The notes beneath the pieces were generated by a model, which worked only from the letters and a program-made list of their open reading frames with translations, did not search any database and was not told the origin of the DNA. From positions 248,001 through 312,000 of the forward strand of contig CP145425.1 in assembly GCA_036867785.1 (NCBI GenBank): a DNA stretch of 64,000 nucleotides. The letters are read 5' to 3'. Source of the stretch: Plasmodiophora brassicae (lineage: Eukaryota). Made by a program: the position numbers and the translations under genes. Shown here in pieces: positions 36,294 through 48,327 of this stretch; within the stretch, counting starts at the first letter, position 1, and each line of letters begins with the position of its first letter.

Positions 36294-39200
36294 ATGCCGG
36301 TGTACTCGCTTCGTGGGATCGACATCGAGTTCCCGTTCGACGCATACCCATGCCAGGTCAGGTACATGGAGAGTGTGGTCGAGGCGCTGCAGAAGGTGCG
36401 GTGGAATGTCGGTGCGGCTGGCTCTTGCTGCACGGTCTAACTGCCGTCGACAGGGTCAGAATGCGCTGCTGGAGTCGCCAACCGGAAGTACGAATATGTG
36501 GCTTTACGGCCCTCCAGTATTATGGACGCTAAATGCTCACTTGCCCAGGTGGGAAAACCCTGTGTTTATTGTGTGCTTCGCTGGCGTGGAGGTCCAGGTA
36601 GGGCAGCGTGTAATCATACATACAGACGCGTTGTCTAATGTGTGTGTCAGCCTGCCCAGTAACTGGAAACCGCCTGGGTCCACTGCCCCAGACAGGCCGG
36701 CAGCAGGGCCACCTCTTATTATTTTCGCCTCCCGAACGCATTCGCAGATCCAGCAGGCGGTGAAGCAGCTGAAGATGACCAACTACAGGTCTAGCGGGAG
36801 CATGGAGATTCGTTGTTATAGCTTACCCTTACGACTTCGTTTAGTCCTCGGGTTACTGTCGTCGCTTCACGCGATTCGCTTTGTGTTCATCCTGTATCGA
36901 AGAAAAGTTCTGGCATGAAGCTGAACCAGGAGTGCTCTGCGATGAATGTGCAAAGGAAATGCTACCTGAAGAACAATTTAGACGAATTTCAACGGATCAA
37001 CCCGCAACTGCTGGGCGATGTTTATGACATTGAAGACCTTGTGAGGGCAATTGCCGCTGCCTGTTGGCGTGTGCTGACCCATATTTCGTATCAGGCATAT
37101 ATCGGGACAGAGCATGCGATTTGTCCATACTACCTTGCGCTTGACAACTCCCGCATTGCCGACTTCATCTTCGTGCCGTACAATTACCTGGTCGATGCAT
37201 CGATGCGAAAAACCATTCTTCTCGAGCAGCGCCTTGACAATGCCGTTGTCATATTTGACGGTAATCTCTCTGCCCGACGGAATACTTTGAAGTCGCAATA
37301 ACAATCGTGTGCAGAAGCTCATAATGTCGAATCGTCGTGCATGGAGTCGTCATCGTTCGACCTGACTGCAACGTGTCAGTAACTCTTTCGCTCTTTTCAA
37401 TGGCCCAGTTTGCTGATTTATGTTTGCCTTGGCAGTGCTGTCGCGGTGCATTATGGAAGTGGAGCACTGCATCGTGGCCTGCAGCAAGGATGGCTGGAGC
37501 CCTCCGCCAAACGTTCGGGCTGAGCCGGCCCAGCTGGCATCGTATTCCATCGGTCTAAAACAGTGTCTGATGGACCTTGAGAAGCTTATTGCCAATATCC
37601 CGATCACCGATCGAACACTGGTTTGTCATGGTTCATGCCGTCAGATGTGGTCGCTGTCTTATCGGTTCGCAGGGATTCACCCGGGAGGGACCTTATATCT
37701 TCGACATACTAGGCAAAGTGGGAATTCTTGAGGGCGACCATGAAAGACTTCACCAGTTGCTGGACAACCTCATCTTGGTCTGTCGTGAACGGAAAGACGT
37801 AACGTGCTCGAACGTTTGTCTGCATGGTTGTGGAACACTGAGCTCCTCGTGCAGCCAGACTGTGGTCTTCGCCAGCTGCGTGACGCGCTGAGCATCGCGT
37901 TTCGGGCTGGCAGGGCCAGCAGTGCGAAACAGTATCGTGTCCATATTCATGAAGAGTCAGGGGAACGTAGCGCCAGACCGAGCAAAGGGTATGTGACTTG
38001 GATAGGTGCCAGCTAGTGGGGCTAAGCCCGCCGGGTGTACAGGTTCAGTCGGTCTGCCGGATCAAGGACGCTGTCGTTCTGGTGCTTCAGGTAAGTCTGT
38101 TACTTTCTGCCACACGTTGCACAACACTGAGTCTCCTAGTTCGGGATTGATAATGCAAGAGCTCATGAACCTGGGCGTGCGATCCTTGATTCTCACAAGC
38201 GGCACTCTTGCACCTTTGGCCGCCCTGAAGAATGAACTTGAGGTATCGAGCCTGGCCGGGTCTTGCGGTTGCAAACGTTGAGTATCCTTAACAGGTCGAG
38301 TTTCCAGTTGTTCTCGAGAATGGACACGTCATTGGTGAAGATCAGGTATGTTCTATGCGACTACGATCGCAGGATAACTGACATCCCTAGATCTGCGTCC
38401 GAGTAATTCCTGTCGGCCCCTCTGGCGCGCCGCTGAATTCCAACTACAGGAATCGCACTGAGACGTCCGCTCGTGAATTGGGCGACGTCCTGGTCAGCTT
38501 CAGTCGGATCATTCCGGATGGGTAATAATGGTGCCGCCGCTGTTGACGGTCACGTTCACCACGTGTCAGCTAGGCTGTTGGTGTTCTTCCCCTCGTACGC
38601 AGCAATGTCAGTATTGATCCAACGATGGCAAGCATCTGCCCTGATTGGACGGCTTGAAATGCACAAACGCGTTATTGTCGAACCCAAGTCATCATCCGAG
38701 CTTGCCGTAATTCTCGTGCTACGTTGGTTGGATCGAGCCTCATCGCGTGGTCAGGGTTGCCTAGCAGCGTACCGAGAAGCCATTGAGTCGGGACAAGGAG
38801 CCATGCTGTTCGCCGTGTGTCGAGGGAAGGTCTCCGAAGGTGTTGATTTCAGCGACAGGGCTGCCAGAGGTAAGGAGCGGCAGTCCACTGTCCTTGCAGG
38901 GAGTACCGGTACGCTAACATCTACCAGGTGTGATTGTATGTGGACTGCCATACGCCGCCACACACTCCGATCGTGTTCGGCTCAAACGCTCGTACTTGGA
39001 TGCCAGCGCTGGCAACGGATCGGGTAGAGAATGGTACGACAACGCCGCGTACCGGGCGGTGAACCAGGTAACCTGTTCACGTATCTCCGATCAAGGGCTG
39101 GCCTAACGGCGGCCTCCGACACCGGTGTAGGCCCTCGGGCGCGTCATTCGGCATCGCAACGACTATGGCGCCATCCTGCTATGTGACCAGCGGTTCAGCG

Positions 39201-40882
39201 GTGAACGCTCGCAAGGATATCTGTCGTTATGGCTGCGGCACTTCGTCAAAGTCTGCAGCAACTTCCAGGCCTCGGTCGCCACTATCGAGCAATTCTTCAG
39301 GCAGTGCGACACGCGACCAACTGTCGCTCCACAAGCGACCACTGGCGCGCAGCCGAAAGCCGCCGACGAACGATTCAGGCACATCAACCCGATCCGGGCG
39401 CTCGCCGAGCGGTTCCGGCAGATGCGGTCCAATCTGGAGCCCGTCGACACTGACTCCAGATCGAAAGCGTACGGTTCCCCAGATCGTTCACGCAAAGGTC
39501 CCTCCGATGTTCTGGAGTTACCTGGGACGGTTATCTCCGCGTCGTGCCAACGACGGCAGATGGCAGCGATCTCATCCGCGGTCCTGCAACCGATGCCGAT
39601 GCCGTCGTTCGACGCGGAGAGTGGCAATGACGGCGAAGAGAGGTTCCAGAACCCAAGCGGTCAGACGATCGTTACATGCGTCTATCGCTCACTCCATTTG
39701 ACATAATGCGTTTGACGTAGATATCCCGCCGTCCCCTCTGCCGTTGTTGGCCAACCTATATCAGAAGCCGCGGCTGGCTGGGCCTGCCCCGACGGAAACC
39801 AGGAAGCGGAAGCCCGAATACGGCGTACCAGGTCGGTCTGCAGCGGGAAACGGCTGTGATGTCTTCGTTTGGTAACGTTCGCGTTCAGACCGTGAGACGA
39901 TGAAGAGGGAAAGGGGCCAAGACCTGCTGGACTGCATAAAGAGACGATGCGCCGCGAAGCACTACAAGGAAATCAAGGCGACACTGAGGACGTTAGCAAC
40001 GGCGGAGCCGACAGACGGTAGTCTATGGAAGGGCAATAGAGTTCGCGATGTCGGCTGACTGGCTGTCTGTGCAGCGGCAACTGTGGCGTCCAACGGTTCG
40101 GAACTGTCGACCACGAGCAATCTGATTGAAAAGCTTCGACAACTCCTTCAGGCGATCCCTGGTCATCAGAGTCTCCAACTGTGTGAGAGAATGGCCCCGT
40201 TCTTGCCTGAGCGATTCTCTCAGCAATTCCTGGCATGTGCGAAGAAGCCAGGTCTGGACGTTCCGTCTCAAAAGTGGCCTCGGTCTCTGATCGAAACTGT
40301 TCAGCTGCCAGGCAATTCAGCGATATGATCAAGGCGAAATCGGTGGCGTCGTACGAGAAGTACAAGGCCCTGATCAAGGGCTTGCATGCGCGGCGGTCTG
40401 CAATGTTCACTGATGAACAGAGGGCCGCAGTGCTCGCCGACCTGACGGAACTCGTTGACCTGCTGATGAGCCTGGATCAGTCCTGGCCTGTCGCGATGCA
40501 GGAGTTCCTTACCGAGGTACCCGATTCCTGGATATCGAGATGCCCCGCCCGGCTTATCGTCGACGTCTCATGACAGGAGTTACTGGAGTTGTATAAGAAA
40601 TGTCTGGCGGAGGCATACGAACGTCAAGAGCAGTTTGAGAATCTCCCCCTCAGCGAACGTCTGAAGCGCAATCCAAACAGAAACACGAGTACAAGCGCGC
40701 CAAGGAACCGGTCGCGAATGTGTGAATTCTGCAGAGGACCGCCAGTTGATGCACACATGTCGAAACTGTGCGGCCATCAGGCGTGCTTTGAGTGCTGGAA
40801 GATTGCACTAGCGACGACGAAGGCGTGCCAGATGTGTTCCCGGCCACACAGCCGTCGCAACCTCGAGAAGGTATTGTATTAA
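36294..40882 (+). CDS. RTEL1: Regulator of telomere elongation helicase (XPD family) with C-terminal RING
   Basis: LRGIDIEFPFDAYPCQ, ALLESPTG|GKTLCLLCASLAW, ASRTHSQIQQ, CPYY, LILTSGTLAP, FFPSY, FAVCRGKVSEGVDF, RAVNQ|ALGRVIRHRNDYG. Ends in CEFC..CGHQACFECW..CQMC. Confidence 0.88.
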
Positions 40883-41165
40883 AAGGTGTACAGCAAAGAT
40901 CAGCAAAGCATTCACGAGCTTCTGTCGGTGTCGCTGATGAAGAGAACGCGGAGCGAGCCTGGCGTTGCTCGCGAACCTCCTGTCGAGCGCCTGAGCTGTC
41001 AGCAGGGACGGTGTACTCGTCTGGTACTTTGCCCAGATCCATAGCTTGCCGTAAGGCGAAGTGCATCGGTGCAAGCGCCTCGCTCGAATCCAGAGTAGCG
41101 AGAATTTCTTGGACAGACTTAGCATCCGCATCGCCCAGTTCGGGAGCAGCGAAATTAGCACATCT
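40872..41165 (-). pseudogene. Diverged duplicate of the 3' end of the THNSL1 gene
   Basis: ELGDADAKSVQEILATLDSSEALAPMHFALRQAMDLGKVPDEYTVPADSS versus THNSL1 ELGSADAMSVQEILATLESIETLTPMHFALRQAMDLGEVADKYTVPADSS. Similarity extends into the 3' flank (TTGTATTAAAA). Confidence 0.9.
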
Positions 41166-41199
41166 GATTCTGACGCTGGTCGATCGGCAGTCTATTGGC

Positions 41200-42441
41200 G
41201 TCGGAGCCGTGGTCAGCGGGCAGTCCCTCTCCTGCCGTCCAAAGCGTCGAACGAGCCGGTCCAATGATCTGCGTCTTGTGCAGTGGCACTGGCGGTAAGC
41301 CCGAATGCACAGATGAATGACTCGACGTCGAGATCCCAGTTATTTTTCGGATAACATCACCAATGAATCGCGCGTCTGGGCAATCGCTGCGGCGGTAACG
41401 GGCAGACACCGCACAGCAGCGGCGACTTGTCCAGTCGTCACATGAAGAGCGGCAGGCATCGAACCCTAAAGTGTTGGAAGAAGGGCGTTGTCGGTGGCCG
41501 GCAAGGTTGATGACGATGTCGACAGTGATGCTACATTGGGCCGAGAACTGGCCGGCGGTACCGGCGGATTCACACACGCACTGTCGTTGGCTGGAATGAA
41601 CGTACGCACGACGTCGACGGCAGTGCAGGTAATGCGAGACCTGGGACATCTTGATTTGGACTGGAAGGCAAAGCGCGTGTTGCTGCCAGACGCATTAGGC
41701 CTCGGCAGGTTCCCCCGAAAATGATGCATGGACGTTTCCCGGTTGCCGGTCGGCGATTGGCGACAGCGATCGCGTTCGCTTGCGCCCTGTGCGTGGACGC
41801 GCTCCTCCGTGGGCACGACCGACTACGTACGTACTCAATGACGCACCAGAGTGCGGACCAAGGAGCCCTCGAGCAACGGAAACAACAACAGAGAAACGCT
41901 TGTATGGATCGGAAATCAAATCAGCGTCTTGCCACGGAGTCAGCGACTCGGCTCCGAGTCAAGCTCTGTCTGGGAGAGTCGGTAGTCCATGCGTGCCGCG
42001 CGACTGCCAACGCGACTGCGACTGCCTTTGACTGCGCGCCACTGGCCACTGGGGAGCTCACTCCGCCGCCGCCACTGCAAGCACTGCGTGAGCCCTCAAT
42101 CTGCACACTGCGTGACGTGAGAGTCCAACGCGGCCGCCTGCCGCATCGATCGCACAACGTTCGTCGTCAGTTCCAATTTGCACCGCTGTTCGACGAGAAG
42201 AATGGCGGATCGGGAGGCGCTGGAGGTGGCGCGCCAGCGGGCATCCGCGAGCGCGGCAGAATCCGGGGAGCGAATACTTCAACACTTTGCGGCTATGGCC
42301 CCTGACCAGCGCTACTCGAAGTAAGAGCTGTACCGCGAGCTCATGGACTTGTTCGATCATCCCTGTTCACCAACCAAACCGCTGGTATCATCGTCCGGTT
42401 CATGTGGGCCCAACATTTGCCCAATATCAGGCCCTCGTCGC
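41200..42441 (+). mobile_element. Degenerate MULE/SWIM-like transposase remnant
   Basis: Stop-riddled frames contain RRDPSYFSDNITNESR (like the MULE N.TNN..ES block), a decayed SWIM-like ICTL..LPHR..VRRQ..LFD, and QRYSK*ELYRELMDL. Confidence 0.35.
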
Positions 42442-42882
42442 CTTTGTCTCTAAGCCACCTGTACTATCGGTCCAGGGATGGTCATAACTCGCAACTCAAC
42501 GTCTGAGATGTCCGCTGCGGTGAGGACGGGGCCTGGGGGCTTACAGACGATTGCGACGGGGTCTGATATTAGGCAAATGTTGGGCCCACATGAACCGGAC
42601 GATGATATCAGCGGCTTGGTTGGTGAACAGGGATGATCGAACAAGTCCATGAGCTCGAGGTACAGCTCTTACTTCGAGTAGCGCTGGTCAGGGGCCATAG
42701 CCGCAAAGTGTTGAAGTATTCGCTCCCCGGATTCTGCCGCGCTCGCGGATGCCCGCTGGCGCGCCACCTCCAACGCCTCCCGATCCGCCATTCTTCTCGT
42801 CGAGCGACGGCGCAAATTGGAATTGACGACGAACATGGTGCGAGCGATGCGCCAGGCGGCCCCGTTAGACTCTCACGTCACG
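42111..42882. repeat. Long inverted repeat: arms 42111-42441 and 42553-42882, about 110-bp spacer
   Basis: The arms are near-identical reverse complements. The ORF track shows matching peptides MIEQVHEL..RHSSRR on opposite strands. Confidence 0.95.
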
Positions 42883-43099
42883 ACTAGTGTGTCTCACGCG
42901 CCGCGGACGGCTCTGAGTCGCCTCCCATGTGTAATCAACTTGTAACAAAGCGCTTCGCCTGTTGGAGAGTCAGTTTCCGGAATTACGATATGTCGACAGC
43001 AACGCGTATTACTTCTGAATTGATATCATCTTCAGGAAGGCAGCTGCAGACCCGTAATAACGTTTCGCGCTTTTAATGGTTTTGTGCCGTGAGGAAGGC

Positions 43100-46000
43100 A
43101 TAATCTGCTCGAGTTCACCTTTCCCAGATTGCTAACAAATAGCCTGTCTTGCGAAGGGTATGCGTTCCCCACACGCGCCCATCCTCACGTCCAACAACGT
43201 CCGAAGAGCACCTTCTTCAGCCTATAATGAGCCTGATTCGCCGTCAAATTGACGTTCGTAAATGGATCACACGAGACGTACTGTTTGTTGAACGTGGTGA
43301 AATCGAAGCAATCGCTATAGCCCCTCTTCTTGGGAAACAGATATTCAGCGACGAAAACGTTTGCCTCCTGTGGGTCAAGCATCTTCCTGAAATCCGTCCC
43401 CCGTCGCCTTCATCTCTAAGCCCCTGTCCTCACCGCAGCAGGACATCTCAGTCGACGTTGAGTTGTGAGTTACGACCATCCCTGGACCTATAATACAGGT
43501 CATTGACTTTGAAACGTCGGAACTCTAGTCTACCTGTACAGCACTCATGTTCTTCCCGGTGATACATGGTGTGCAACGACTCTTGCTAAATCGCTATTCT
43601 CCTGATTGTGCGTACCTCTATGGGCTGGTCATCAGGTCCACCGTTCGGTGCACCCCACTGCGTCATCAGATCCGACTACACATTGTTCTCTCTCGCAATG
43701 TGTTCAATGACGTAGTTGACCCTCTGTATGTCCAGTGCCCATTGTTGCAGTTTCTGCGCAGTTGGCTTTGACACGTCCGATGGTGATAACATCTCACGTA
43801 CGAGGTTCATATGATCCGTGAACAAACGAAACTTCTCGTTGGTTATGACGAGATAGTCCTGTTTGTCAATCGCATCCTTGATCGCGAACCCTTCCTTTTC
43901 TACCGTAAACCAGTTCCGCTCTGGGCCCGCGAACTTGTGTCGCGGTTCATGTCGCTGCCCATGCACTGGTTCACCAAAGTCTTCAGGCGGAATCTGTGTG
44001 ACTACCGCCGCGCTGTTGACCTCATTCGCATCCGAGAATAGGCGCCACTGCCATCTTCAGTTTCTCGAATGCCAGCGCATGTTCGGGAGATCATCCATAG
44101 TTGCACAATCGCACCCTCCCAATGGCTTTCGTCCTGCCAGGTTGGTCCCTCATCGCATCCTCATATATCCTCTGCCACAGATGTACCTTCCTGTTGAGTG
44201 TTGTACTAAGGGATGGATCAGCGCAGCCACTGAGTTGCCATTAGGAATTATTGTTGTAAGTCCCTTGTTGTCCTCGGCTGTGTGATCGCCATCAAAGCCT
44301 CGATCCTAGCAGGATCGCGCTTTACCCCCAGTGGCGTGAATATCCTCCCAAAGAACCTAACCTCCGTTGTGAAGAGCTCACACTTCTCCACGTTGAACTT
44401 GATATGTTGTGCCGTCCGGCAGCATCAAAGTTCGCTCCAACGTTCGGAACCAATCATCCTCCCGCTGGGCATGCCCCGTTAGATCGTCGATCCATATGAT
44501 GAGTTTGTGGAACATCAGTTCCCCGAACACGTCAAACATCCTCCCTTGATACTGGGGGGCGGAGTTCATTTCCCCTGCATCGACCTCGTTGCCTTATACA
44601 CCCCTTATTTGTCGTGAAGGAGAAGATCTCCTGACATGCTTCATCCAGCGGTATCATCCAGAAGCCTTTTGAACGCGCCTCGCTTAAACCAGAACCTCGA
44701 GCCTGCCAGGTTCAGTATCGCCTCCTGATGCGGCATAGGCCACGCCACGGCGACACGCTTGGCGTTAACAGCTCTGAGATCAACACAGAACCGCTTTCCG
44801 CCCCTGGCTTCGTCACCACCAACCACCGGTGAAGCCCACTTCGCGTTGTAGTTTTCAACGCCGAGGCCATACTCCTTCAATTGGGCAACGAATTCCTCCA
44901 TGAAAGCACTATCCTCCATACTGTACTTTCTGGCTCGGCACCTGTAAGGTTCCGCCTCCGGTTTCAGCTCCGTGACAAATGGTGTGACTCTGGCTGGACC
45001 ATATCGGGTCCAGCGCTCATACGCCAGACGTCCCTGTACCTCCTGACGAGTTCCCGCAGCGATTTTGCCATCGCCTGCGGTAGGCCATTCCTTGATGCGC
45101 GCTCGATCATCCCGTCCATCTCCCTTTCCAGGGAGTCTGTGGAATCTGCCCCGATCCTCACATCCTCTGCTTCCTCTTCCTCCCCATCCCAGAGAGGTGG
45201 TACCTCATTTGCCATCGTGTGCACTTCATCCATGATGTCATTCCCCTTCATCGGCGTGCTGAGTACGTCCAGGGCCTTCTTTGGGTGGGCACCCAAGTCG
45301 TCCACCAGCCTCTAACGTAGGATAATTTGCTTTCCAGGAATGTCCCATACGAGGCATCGGCGGCGGCGAGTGATCAGTTCGCCTGCCGTCGTCGCGTCTT
45401 CAGACCCAGGTCCAGTGTCATCACATGGTAGGTTGTGTGCTTCGTTTCTCTGCCTACCAAACAGAGCGGTCCCGGCTTCTGGAGTTTGTATATTGTTAAC
45501 AATGGGTCCCATTCCATCAGCTCGCGCGCTATGGTCAATGGCATCAGCACATCAGAACATCGACCGGTGTCGCTCCACAGTCCAGAACCCCAACGTAGTC
45601 TTCCTCATGTCCGTTTATACGAATACGACTACTTGGTCCCCTGTCCTCCGCGACTCCTCTGACACCAGGTCGCAGACCTGCTGATGGATCGCCGCAAGGT
45701 GCCAACGGGAAGGGACGGATCCCGTAGGACCAGAGGGAAGGAATCTGATAAAGATGAGGACCTAATCGGATTACCCACCGTATGAGGAGACGATGTTGTA
45801 CGCGGAGCCGGGACGTGAGGATGGCAAGGGGAATGGAAAGGGCAAACCCACCCCGAGGAAGCGAGGGGCGCAGACCGATGACGGAGGCGAGAGGCCGGGA
45901 CACGAAACAACATCGTAAGGACCTGCGATGCTTCAACTGTGAGGAGGTTGGACATCCAGCGTTTCGTTGCCCCAAGAAGCCTACGAAGAAGCAGGTCGCA

Positions 46001-47090
46001 GATCCCGTAGGACCAGAGGGAAGGGATCTGATAAAGATGAGGACCTAATCGGGTTACCCATGGATATGGGTAATCCAATTAACGGGATCTGCGACCTGCT
46101 TCTTCGTAGGCTAATTGGGGCAACGAAACGCTGGATGTCCAACCTCCTCAAAGTTGAAGCATCGCAGGTCCTTACGGTGTTGTTTCGTGTCCCGGCCTCC
46201 ATCGCCTCGGGGTGGGTTTGCCCTTTCCATTCCCCTTGCCATCCTCACGTCCCGGCTCACAACATCCGTCTCCTCATACGATGTTGCACGCTCCTTAAGG
46301 ACTCGATGGAACTCCATCGGGCCCTTCTGGAGCTCGGGTTGGCGCTTCATGACCAGGGTCCTCATCATCGCTTGCAAGCCGGGTGGTCGAACAGCACCCA
46401 ACAGGTACTTGGCGAGGTTCCGCCGTCCCTCGCGCGACGTGAAGACGTCTTGCCACCCGTTGCGCGTGACCAATTCCTCATATTGTTGCATGATCAGGTT
46501 CACAACCCTTGCAGCCGGCGTGGTGATGCTCAGCTTCATCGCCAGCTTACGCATCTCCCTGTCGATGTTCGCGTCCGTCGAACGATCCTGCTTCAGATGC
46601 CTCTTCATCCAATCCGTCAGGTCGCTCACCGTCACCTTCTCGGCGTCCCCGATCAACTCCCACGTGCAGACCGCCCTTAGCAGACCTGCAGTGACCGCGG
46701 GTTCTGGCCGTTGGCGTTCGGATCGTCCCGGAAGTGATTTCGGTACTCTTCAGCTCGGCCATGAAGGTCGTGACGGCCTTGCGATCCATGCTTTTCAAGG
46801 CCGGCGCCTTGTTTATCTGCAGGACGATCGTTGAGCCTTGCACGCTCCGTCCTTGCTGCCGATAGTCGACGTCGTCCTCCCTCAACATCTCCTCCACGGT
46901 GGCCACCATCGCGTCCTTCTTAACCGTCACCGAAAGAGATCTCTGGGAGTTCGCACGGCGTCCGTGGGAGCTGCAGGTCGAGGACACAGACGACTACGCA
47001 CACGGTTAGATAAACCAGAACCGTTTGGACGTGGTTTATCGAACCATGTGTGTGTCGGCGTCTGTCAGCCGCGGCCCGCGTCACACTGAG
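43100..47090 (-). mobile_element. Degenerate Ty3/Gypsy LTR retrotransposon (gag, protease, RT, RNase H)
   Basis: Gag with zinc knuckle C..(C)EEVGHPAFRC. Protease-like VLDCGAT. RT: WASPVV..RFCVDLRAVN..WPMP and IWIDDL. RNase H: WFTVEKEGFAI..FRLFTDHMNL..LQQWAL..IEHI. Many frameshifts; LTRs not resolved. Confidence 0.9.
45718..46280. repeat. Fold-back duplication of the gag knuckle region, with a 60-bp direct repeat
   Basis: 45779-46008 is the reverse complement of 46082-46280 (with indels). 45718-45777 is repeated at 46001-46060. Confidence 0.9.
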
Positions 47091-47164
47091 GCCGTCGCCA
47101 AAAATAGTTGCGTCACGGGGTTTGGCCGTGACGCATCACCTGCATCACGGCCGATAAACGACTA

Positions 47165-48151
47165 CCGTATTCCTCGGTACTTTGTACCCCCCAAATGTGC
47201 AAGCAAAATGGACAGGTGGTACAAAGTTCCGAGGAAGTGCGCCGTGGGTGGCATGTCCATTGACCGTGTTCTGCCGGGCGACGTTGGAGCCCTATCTGGC
47301 TTGCCATGGGTCGCCTTCGCATGGTCATGGGAAATGTGATGAACTGATGGCCCGTGCGCCAACTCTCCTAATGCTCTCCCCACCCCCGAGATGTCATTTG
47401 CATATTGCCTCGCCGCACGTAAACGCTGAGAAGCTTCGTATCCTAAGTGAGGTCACTGAGCGTCGGGCCAACTCAGACTCTCTCTCAGCGGTATGTTATA
47501 GCTTGGGCGTTCAACGGTCACAGGTAAGGCGATGGGAAGCACAGCGTCTGGCGATCCAGAATTCGAGTCCATCTGCACGGTCAACCTGTCTCGGCCGCGA
47601 ATCATATCTTCATCCGATCGAGGAGACCCTGCTGCAGTGGATCTTCGCGAACCGGGAGTGCGGCGTGGCAGTTTCGGTCGCCATGGTTGAGACCAAAGTT
47701 TTCCACCTACTGCCGTCGTGCAGGAGGAAGAGTGCACGAGCCAAAGACCAGATTGTGCGACGACTTCTGGCGGTCAACCAGTTGACGATCCGCATTGCAA
47801 CACCAATTTAAATTAACGTGCAGACACGATTTTCACAAATTGGTACCGTTCACTATTTCAACGTACAGCCCGAAGACGGACAACGACGTCAATAGCAAGT
47901 ACAGAGCCGCATACGTCGTGTTCTGCGCACGATCTCCCTCTATTTGGCGCCTGCGTTCCGACGATATCGACCTGGATACCGACTGGATGGTGCGACATCT
48001 ATATGCCGTTGGAAAGGTCTCGCGGCGACGGGTCCTGTCGGCACAACCAATTGCCGCAAAACGCGTCGACTGCGGAGTCAGCGACCAATGTACGCGAAAA
48101 AAGCGCCCCTGGTACAAAGTTCCGTAGGGTACAAAGTACCGAGAAATACGG
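47165..48151 (+). mobile_element. Non-autonomous pogo/Tigger-like (Tc1/mariner superfamily) DNA transposon
   Basis: TIRs CCGTATTCCTCGGTACTTTGTACCC / GGGTACAAAGTACCGAGAAATACGG, flanked by TA on both sides. The internal ORF has HTH + CENP-B-type HTH (GVQRSQVRRW, IEETLLQWIFANRECGVAVS) and no DDE domain. Confidence 0.92.
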
Positions 48152-48327
48152 TATTCTTGGAGCCGGGAAACCGCCATGGATCATGATCCACGAGTCCCCA
48201 GGCGCCTTCGTCGTCGCAGCCGGCCCTTTCTGATCCCGAGTCGTGATCGTCTCTTCACCCTGCCTGTCTCACCAATATAGTTCAAGTTGTATTAAAACTT
48301 GTACCGTTAAAGATACACGCAAACCAT

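Noticed and set aside
46001-46090. Possible hammerhead or HDV ribozyme at the fold-back centre
   Set aside because: It lacks the CUGANGA/GAAA core and the HDV pseudoknot pattern; the inversion explains the pairing.
42884-47100. Paired LTRs / primer-binding site for the Gypsy element, including a small hairpin at 47009-47040
   Set aside because: Only weak short similarities between the two ends; LTRs could not be delimited.
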